Positions 52,164 to 58,561 of a stretch of DNA of 60,947 bases are shown here, in pieces. Source of the stretch: Patescibacteria group bacterium (lineage in GTDB: Bacteria; Patescibacteriota; Minisyncoccia; Sungbacterales; HO2-52-23). Location of the stretch: assembly GCA_038063315.1 (NCBI GenBank), contig JBBTVI010000027.1:1-60947 (forward strand), in the 5' to 3' direction. The translations under genes were made by a program, and so were the position numbers. Below the pieces are notes generated by a model that saw only the letters and a program-made list of their open reading frames with translations, ran no database searches and was not told the DNA's origin. Each line of letters starts with the position of its first letter. The stretch's first letter is position 1.

Positions 52164-52193
52164 AATACATAATACATGCCCCATAATTCATCC
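52159..52193. repeat. Family B half-site between PHM-like paralogues 3 and 2
   Basis: TTCCATAATACATAATACATGCCCCATAATTCATCC. Confidence 0.8.
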
Positions 52194-53251
52194 TATTCAT
52201 CCCACGCGGCATAAAATCCGACCATTCCCATTGCCGAACCCGTCAAATCTTCGGCGAACAAATTGGAGTATGTCGCGGAAATCGAGAGAACATCGCCTGC
52301 CTCCAAACGTACCCGACGCCTGATCCAGTAAAAGGGAGTTTCCCATAGCCATAGCCAATCTCCTTTCTGCCTGCTGTTTAATGAAAATAACGCGCGCCCG
52401 TTAAGCAGCAGCGCCAATTCTTCTCCGCCTTCCCAGCCGTGGGTATGCCCGCCAAAACCCACAAGAGTCCCTGGCCGTTGAACGACATACGCGCCGGATT
52501 CTGCGTGCCCGTCCTCGGGCCGCGCGGCCGCCATTGTCCAATGGCGCGCGCCCGCCGGAATACTAAAAACCTCTGCCGGCGCGACATTTTTCCGTAATGG
52601 GTATACACACGGTGTCCCACTCAACCGCAAACGATTATACTCCAATGCGCGAAAACGACGCGACAGCGTTGCCGCCTCCACTGTCAAATTCAAACGCGCG
52701 GCAACATTATCGTACGTCCCGCCGGATCCGTACGGAGGAAGAGGGTTATGCAACATCGCGCTAATGCCGATGGGGGTTCCGGCCGGGAGAAAAATCCCGA
52801 ACGGCTCCGGAAATTCAATATGCCGCGGCGCGTCAATGGCCGTTGTCGCAATTTCCTGAAACCACGACGCGGGACAAAGCGGATCCGGCCGGTCAAGACG
52901 CTGAACCAGCGCATGATGGATCACCTCCTGCGGAGCATTCTCCGCGCGCCATTCCAGCGCGGTCACCCACAGCGGCGTGTCCGTCACCCATATATCGGAC
53001 ACCGCAACAACACCGTGTCCCTGCGCGACCACCGTATCGGTACTGGGATTATGCGGGTGTGGTACAAGCTGCAAAATCGGCCGCGTCTTGATGGTGAACT
53101 GGCGCGACACCGCCGACCCATGGGTTGCATCGGAAACAATGCGCCATGCAATGAAACCAAAAACCAAGACGCAAGATGCGCTGGCAATGATAATCGTACG
53201 CGCCGTTGCAATGTGACGCAGATGACCAAAAAATTGCGCCCTTGTGATCAT
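52193..53251 (-). CDS. Membrane-anchored PHM/DBH-like protein, paralogue 3
   Basis: Same motif set: VIHHALVQRLD..C, AMLHNP, GGHTHGWEGGE, AGDVLSISATYSN, SAMGMVGFYAAW. ORF trimmed to the ATG at 53251, because the upstream 45 codons are a family C repeat. Confidence 0.45.
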   Translation of the reverse strand: MITRAQFFGHLRHIATARTIIIASASCVLVFGFIAWRIVSDATHGSAVSRQFTIKTRPILQLVPHPHNPSTDTVVAQGHGVVAVSDIWVTDTPLWVTALEWRAENAPQEVIHHALVQRLDRPDPLCPASWFQEIATTAIDAPRHIEFPEPFGIFLPAGTPIGISAMLHNPLPPYGSGGTYDNVAARLNLTVEAATLSRRFRALEYNRLRLSGTPCVYPLRKNVAPAEVFSIPAGARHWTMAAARPEDGHAESGAYVVQRPGTLVGFGGHTHGWEGGEELALLLNGRALFSLNSRQKGDWLWLWETPFYWIRRRVRLEAGDVLSISATYSNLFAEDLTGSAMGMVGFYAAWDE

Positions 53252-53292
53252 AAAGTTTCTCAATAACGTTAAGACAAAATGTCTCTTTTTTT

Positions 53293-53374
53293 CTGTCATT
53301 CCCGCGCAGGCGGGAATCCAGATTTCTCTCTTTGAGAAGGCAAAACCTGGACCCCCGCCTTCGCGGGGGTGACA
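53293..53374. repeat. Family C element between lnt paralogue 2 and PHM-like paralogue 3
   Basis: CTGTCATTCCCGCGCAGGCGGGAATCCAGATTT...AACCTGGACCCCCGCCTTCGCGGGGGTGACA. Confidence 0.9.
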
Positions 53375-53385
53375 AAAGCAATGCA

Positions 53386-55236
53386 TTATTCGCCAACCTC
53401 CTGATGCTCCATCGTCTCCTCATTCCCCAACACACCGAAAAGTCTTCGTTGCGTCCTCCTGCGCCCGTACAAAAATAATAGCGCCACCAACACTCCGGCA
53501 AGCGCGACAGGCCAGTCGCCGAAACGAACGTAAGGGGTTTTTGTTGTCCGGTAGTCAACGTCCCCCGTCAGAATCGTATCGCCCAGTGCGTTAGTCCGTG
53601 CGCGGATAGCGCCCGTCTCGTCAATGATGTAGGAATATCCGCCGTTTGCGGCCTGCACAACCCAACGATCATTCATCGCCGCGTACGATTGCAGCATGGC
53701 GCGGGATTGCGCGTGAAATGCCGGATGATTCAACAGGCCGACGCTCGCGGCATTGATCAAAACCTGACTGCGATTCGCCGTTTCCCGCCAGAGAACCGGG
53801 GAAAAAATCGTGGTGCAGAGTTGCACGCCTTCAGCCAAACGCCTGGGGTCCAGAGACGCGAACGGCGCAACCTCTCCTTTGTAAATCCGGCGATACCAAT
53901 TAAAATGCCGGATCACGTTGGTCATCCCGAACAATTTAAGAACGCCATGAACAGTATAAGCCAAATATTCCCCATTAGGCACTAAAAAAACCTTGTCGCT
54001 CACCGCCACCAATCCTTTCTCTGTATCATAGAAAAAAAGCCGCGCCTTGGACGGCCTCTGAAGGTCGAGCCGCCCGCTATCAATCACTAACGCCGGGTTA
54101 TTCGCATGGAAAATCCGCGCAAGAACATCCGGCGTCTCTCCGCGAAAGCGGAGCGTGAGATCCGACGCTTCGGGCAAAACAACCACGTCGGGCCGGACTG
54201 TCGCAGTGTTCTTTAGTAATACCAATTCTCTATCAATGTAATTTTTGTACACGGCCGGATCAATGGTGCGGTAAATCAATTCATTGGTTTGCACCAGCGT
54301 AAATCGCTTTTTTTGAGCAACATCCCGACCGCGTCCTGCAAACTGCGCGCGACCGTACAGTAGTAAAACAACAATAACGGCGCCGACGGATAAGGTTCTT
54401 ATGAAGCTTAACTTCGTAAGTAATTGAAAACGCCTCTCTCGTTCGTCATTGCGAGCGACCCCGAGTTTGGCGAGGGGGAGCGCGGCAATCCATCTTTTTC
54501 TGGATTGCGGAGCCTGTCCCGAGCGAAGCGAGGGATCTAACTCCTCGCAATGACTCTTGAGGCGGCTTCTAAGGTGCATAAAAATCCCCCTCAATCCCCC
54601 TTTTTCAAAGGGGGAAGCATTAAAAAATTCCGCGATCGCGACATTCACGAGTACAATAAGAGCGCTTGCGCCGTAGACGCCGAATAGTTTTGTGGACTGC
54701 AAAAGCAATGGGAAATCCGCCAGGGCATAGCCCAGAAATCCGGGAGCCCAATGCGGGCCGAGCAGCGACCCCGGGCCAATCCACGCCAACGAATAGAACC
54801 ACGCCCGGCCATACTCGCCAAGAATCCAGAAAAAAGGAAACACAAATAAACGCGTACGTGCCGGGAAAAAAGTAGCTCCGTATCCCGCTAGTCCCATTGG
54901 CAGGGCGAAAATAGCTGCTGTCGCGCACCAATACAAAAAAATAATCAAAAGCCCGGTGGACGGACTCGTCACCCCGGCCCATTTTGCGGATGAGGCGGCA
55001 AAAAACCACCGAAGCGTCCATGCCGCAAAAGCGAATTCCATGAGAAACACGCCCCAAAACACCTGTTTGCGGCTTGCCCGCCGGAGAAAAAAACAAAAAG
55101 GAACAAGAGCAATCCACAGGAACCAGCGCGATACGGCCGGGGGATAGGCCGCAATGAGCAGTACCACAGAAATGAGCGGGGCTAAATTGCCCAACAGCCG
55201 TCGGCCCTTTATCGCTTCAAAAAAACGCATCTTCAT
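53386..55236 (-). CDS. lnt: Apolipoprotein N-acyltransferase-like protein (Lnt paralogue 2) carrying a ~74-aa repeat-derived in-frame insertion
   Basis: 616 aa, collinear with paralogue 1 (YPPAVSRW, LRWFF, WILGEYGRAW, VVVLPEA, SDKVFLVPNGEYLA, GVQLCTT, FGDWP). The segment SPFEKGGLRGIF...SHCEEL...WIAALPLAKLGVARND...LLTKLSFI is encoded by repeat families F, A and E. Confidence 0.75.
   Translation of the reverse strand: MKMRFFEAIKGRRLLGNLAPLISVVLLIAAYPPAVSRWFLWIALVPFCFFLRRASRKQVFWGVFLMEFAFAAWTLRWFFAASSAKWAGVTSPSTGLLIIFLYWCATAAIFALPMGLAGYGATFFPARTRLFVFPFFWILGEYGRAWFYSLAWIGPGSLLGPHWAPGFLGYALADFPLLLQSTKLFGVYGASALIVLVNVAIAEFFNASPFEKGGLRGIFMHLRSRLKSHCEELDPSLRSGQAPQSRKRWIAALPLAKLGVARNDERERRFQLLTKLSFIRTLSVGAVIVVLLLYGRAQFAGRGRDVAQKKRFTLVQTNELIYRTIDPAVYKNYIDRELVLLKNTATVRPDVVVLPEASDLTLRFRGETPDVLARIFHANNPALVIDSGRLDLQRPSKARLFFYDTEKGLVAVSDKVFLVPNGEYLAYTVHGVLKLFGMTNVIRHFNWYRRIYKGEVAPFASLDPRRLAEGVQLCTTIFSPVLWRETANRSQVLINAASVGLLNHPAFHAQSRAMLQSYAAMNDRWVVQAANGGYSYIIDETGAIRARTNALGDTILTGDVDYRTTKTPYVRFGDWPVALAGVLVALLFLYGRRRTQRRLFGVLGNEETMEHQEVGE
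54398..54420. repeat. Family E REP hairpin (one mismatch) inside lnt paralogue 2
   Basis: CTTATGAAGCTTAACTTCGTAAG, in inverted orientation relative to the 46749 copy. Encodes LLTKLSFI on the minus strand. Confidence 0.85.
54445..54554. repeat. Family A element inside the lnt paralogue 2 coding sequence
   Basis: GTCATTGCGAGCGACCCCGAGTTTGGCGAGGGGGAGCGCGGCAATCC ... GGATTGCGGAGCC...CTCGCAATGAC, read in frame by the 616-aa ORF. Confidence 0.85.
54580..54617. repeat. Family F hairpin repeat inside lnt paralogue 2
   Basis: AAAAATCCCCCTCAATCCCCCTTTTTCAAAGGGGGAAG, nearly identical to the 2391 copy. Encodes SPFEKGGLRGIF on the minus strand. Confidence 0.85.
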
Positions 55237-55287
55237 TGCTTCATTGTCCCGCAGAAAGGAAGAAGAGACAACACAACTTCTACATGC

Positions 55288-55521
55288 GTCATTGCGAGGA
55301 GTGCAGCGGAACGATCCCTCCCCTTGCTCGGAACAATCTCCGCAATCCAGGGGGAGTCGTCATTGCGAGGAGTCCTGCTGCAGGACGACGAAGCAATCCA
55401 GTATTTCTGCCTTTACGGATTGTTTCGTCGCTGCTGCTCCTCGCGAGGACGGTCGAAATGGATTGCCGCGCGCCCCCTCATCAAACTCGGGGTCGCTCGC
55501 AATGACGGCTGTAAGGGGTTA
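55288..55521. repeat. Family A compound element
   Basis: Four half-units. The 3' 165 nt are nearly identical to window positions 1-163. Confidence 0.85.
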
Positions 55522-55572
55522 GGAGTTATACACACCCTACCAACGGCATTTTGTGCTATAATACGGCCATAC

Positions 55573-56586
55573 ATGCAGCAGAGAAAATATGGCAATCCGC
55601 AGAGCGGAGGAGCTGGCGTATGGCTGGTGATTTTTGGTCTGCTCGCTTTATTGATAGGGATCGTGATCGTTGCCGGACGCAGCAAAAAAATCGCCAATCT
55701 CCAACGACGCGGCGCGGAGACAGACAACATCCTTCCTGAAGAGCCCGAGCGCAAACTCGCGGATACCGATACAGACGGCGACGGTCTCAAGGATTGGGAG
55801 GAGGTGCTCTACGGCACAAAAACCGACAATCCTGATTCGGACTCAGACGGCGCAACGGACAATGAAGAAGTCCGCAATTCCCACGATCCGCTCAAGCCCG
55901 GGCCGAATGATAAACTCGTCATCAAGGACATCACCGCAGCGTTGCCCGCCGCCAAAGAAAAAAAGAACCTCACTGACGAATTGAGCGCTCTTTTTGTACA
56001 GAAATATTTTGCCGATAAGGTGCTCAGCGACGCGCCCTTTGACCAACAGCAGCTTGTCAACGATCTCCTGCAACAAATCTACAGCGGCCCGATTGCGTCG
56101 CCGGTTGTTGATCCAAAAACCTTTGCCATCTCTGAGGACAACTCGCCCGCGGCCATCAAAAAATACCTGAATTCATACATCGGCGCCCTGGAACGAAATC
56201 TCGTCCTCATCGCAACGGGCCAAAATCCGTTGCTCATCATCACTAATATTCACCAACTCGATGACGTCGAAAAAGAGCTTGTCAAATTAGACCCGTTTAT
56301 CGCCCAGTATCAAGCCGCTTATGGCGAACTCATCAAATTGCCCGTCACATCCTCATGGACAAAATATCATGAGCGCGCGCTCAACCTCCTGCTGACTCAT
56401 ACTGCGCTGCTCCAGGAGGCGCGCTCGGCCAGCGACGACATCCTCAAAATAGCTCCGCTTCTCTCCCAATTCTCCGCCACGATTCCCGAACTCACCGCCC
56501 TCATAAACGACCTCAAGGCCGCGGTCCGCGCGAGCAACATCACATTTGGCGAAAATGATCCGGCGGGAAAGCTGTTGCAGCTCTAA
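55573..56586 (+). CDS. Single-pass membrane protein with thrombospondin-type-3-like acidic repeats
   Basis: ORF trimmed to the ATG at 55573, because the upstream codons are a family A repeat. TM VWLVIFGLLALLIGIVIVAG. Acidic repeats DTDTDGDGLKDWEE...DNPDSDSDGATDNEE. Confidence 0.55.
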   Translation: MQQRKYGNPQSGGAGVWLVIFGLLALLIGIVIVAGRSKKIANLQRRGAETDNILPEEPERKLADTDTDGDGLKDWEEVLYGTKTDNPDSDSDGATDNEEVRNSHDPLKPGPNDKLVIKDITAALPAAKEKKNLTDELSALFVQKYFADKVLSDAPFDQQQLVNDLLQQIYSGPIASPVVDPKTFAISEDNSPAAIKKYLNSYIGALERNLVLIATGQNPLLIITNIHQLDDVEKELVKLDPFIAQYQAAYGELIKLPVTSSWTKYHERALNLLLTHTALLQEARSASDDILKIAPLLSQFSATIPELTALINDLKAAVRASNITFGENDPAGKLLQL

Positions 56587-56587
56587 A

Positions 56588-56678
56588 ATGAATTATGGGA
56601 TATGAATTATATATTATGGGAAAGATCGCGATAACCGTTTTGATTTCCCATAATACATAATTCCAGCCCCACAATACA
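56588..56678. repeat. Family B palindrome (full)
   Basis: ATGAATTATGGGATATGAATTATATATTATGGG - 25-nt loop - CCCATAATACATAATTCCAGCCCCACAATAC. Confidence 0.85.
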
Positions 56679-56687
56679 CTTCTTTCC

Positions 56688-58385
56688 GTGTCCCATTTCA
56701 AAAAATCCGTCGCTATTTTTCTCATCATCGCGACCCTCACGCCGCAGCTTTTCTTTTTGACCCTGCCTCCGCCGCGCGCTCACGCGTCCGCATTTGGCCC
56801 CGTACCCGTCTATGAAATTTTTTTCGATCCCGACTTCATCAAAAATTGGCTCCTTGATTTCTTCGCGCGGCTCCTGGCCGAAGTGTTTATCCGCAAGCTC
56901 GGCGATGCGGTCGTCTCATGGATCCAGGGCGGAGAAACGAATTTTGTCCAGGACATTGAAGCCGCACTCAAACGCGTTGCAGACGAAGAAGCCGGACGCT
57001 TTCTCAATCAATTGACCGGAGTCAATATGTGCGGAAACCTGAATCAATTCCTTCAAGTAACACTCCGGATCGGTATCTCATCCGAAGCCCGAAGGCGCGC
57101 GCGCTACCGTTGCACCCTTACCTCCATTGTCGTCAATGTGGAAAATTTCTACGACGACTTCCAGCAGGGCGGCTGGGAGGCGTTTGTCCGACTCAATGTC
57201 CAAATGCAAAACACCGCGCACGGCGCGTATTTCATCGCGCTGGATGAAAAAAATAATCTCACGCGCAGGAAAGTCGGCCGCCAAAAAGAGGATTTTAAGG
57301 TCGGCGCCGGATTTTTGGGCGTGCGGCAGACAAGAAACGTTTGTACGGACCTTCCTCCTGGAGCCGCCGAAGAAGATGCCGCTGCCGGCGGAACGGGCCA
57401 AACGTGCAAAGACGTCACCCGCACCACGACCCCGGGACGGGCGGTTGCGGATTCGCTGTCCAAGACCTTAGGCACTGACTTCGACTTTACCGTTGTCGCG
57501 GATGAAATCAACGAGATTATTACGAGAATCATCAGTGCGCTGATACATCGCGTCATGTCGAGCGAGCTCTTGGATTTTGATTCCGGCGGCCCGAGCCACA
57601 GCCGCGGCACCCCACAGTTTACGCCACTTGATCGTAATAACCCCGCCATTGAGCAGGTCGCGCCAAGCACCACCTGCGGAGCAACCGCCGGAGGCACCCT
57701 TGCGACCACAAAAGACACTGCTCAGGTCGGCGAGCAAGTCACCTGGCGCGTACAGTTCGGCGCGGCCCCGCCCGCAAGCTGGACATGGAACGATTCCGAC
57801 GGCAACAGCGCCTCCAGCACCGAGACATTCATCACAACATACCAAACGCCGGGAACTAAGACCGCGACCGTCACAAATTGCTATAACAATACGGACTCAA
57901 AGACCGGTGCGGTCACCGGACAGACATGCAATGCGCCGGTGAGCTGCAGACAATTAAGCGTCGGTGCCGCGGCGACATCCACGTCGCCTCCGCCAGGCAC
58001 ACCGCCGCCCCCTCCGGGAACGCCGCCGCCGCCACCCGGCACACCGCCTCCTCCGCCGCCGCCATTCGCATATACCCTGTCTGTCGCGCCCGCCGCAATT
58101 TCCGTTCTCCCAGGAAGGCGGGGAACAACGACCGCTACCCGGACAACAACCGCCGGAACCCCGCAATCAAGCACTCTTACCGTCGGAACTCTGCCCTCCG
58201 ATCTCCTCTCAAACATCCTGACAAACCGCATCTGCACGCCGAGTCCGACCTGTAATTCAGAAATTGAATTTTCGGTGCGCCTCGGAGCCGCCACCGGAAC
58301 AGCATACAGCATTGTCATAGATGTCGAGCCCCCGGATCCGCAGCCATCTAACGGCCCGCAGGTGATCACGGTTACGGTACCGTAA
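56688..58385 (+). CDS. Secreted protein with a PKD/Ig-like segment and a (PPPGT)n poly-proline linker
   Basis: GTG start at 56688. Signal-like N-terminus ending AHASA. GEQVTWRVQF...WTWNDSDGN...TYQTPGTKTATVT is PKD-like. Contains PPPGTPPPPPGTPPPPPGTPPPPPPP. Confidence 0.55.
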   Translation: MSHFKKSVAIFLIIATLTPQLFFLTLPPPRAHASAFGPVPVYEIFFDPDFIKNWLLDFFARLLAEVFIRKLGDAVVSWIQGGETNFVQDIEAALKRVADEEAGRFLNQLTGVNMCGNLNQFLQVTLRIGISSEARRRARYRCTLTSIVVNVENFYDDFQQGGWEAFVRLNVQMQNTAHGAYFIALDEKNNLTRRKVGRQKEDFKVGAGFLGVRQTRNVCTDLPPGAAEEDAAAGGTGQTCKDVTRTTTPGRAVADSLSKTLGTDFDFTVVADEINEIITRIISALIHRVMSSELLDFDSGGPSHSRGTPQFTPLDRNNPAIEQVAPSTTCGATAGGTLATTKDTAQVGEQVTWRVQFGAAPPASWTWNDSDGNSASSTETFITTYQTPGTKTATVTNCYNNTDSKTGAVTGQTCNAPVSCRQLSVGAAATSTSPPPGTPPPPPGTPPPPPGTPPPPPPPFAYTLSVAPAAISVLPGRRGTTTATRTTTAGTPQSSTLTVGTLPSDLLSNILTNRICTPSPTCNSEIEFSVRLGAATGTAYSIVIDVEPPDPQPSNGPQVITVTVP

Positions 58386-58403
58386 AGAGGGGACTCGGAG
58401 TGC

Positions 58404-58434
58404 GAAGTATGGGGTATGAAGTATGTATTATGGG
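58404..58434. repeat. Family B half-site
   Basis: GAAGTATGGGGTATGAAGTATGTATTATGGG. Confidence 0.75.
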
Positions 58435-58458
58435 CAGGGGAAAACAGTAGATTTTTCC

Positions 58459-58548
58459 AACGCGCTTACGAAGGCGCATGAGGAGGTTTAACCTCGTAAG
58501 CGGCTTACGAGGTTAAACCTCCAATGAGCACGTGTATTGAAGATATTC
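58459..58548 (+). mobile_element. Family D element (both ends eroded, long-core form)
   Basis: ...GAAGGCGCATGAGGAGGTTTAACCTCGTAAGCGGCTTACGAGGTTAAACCTCCAATGAGCACGTGT... Confidence 0.75.
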
Positions 58549-58561
58549 CACCGCTCAATTC

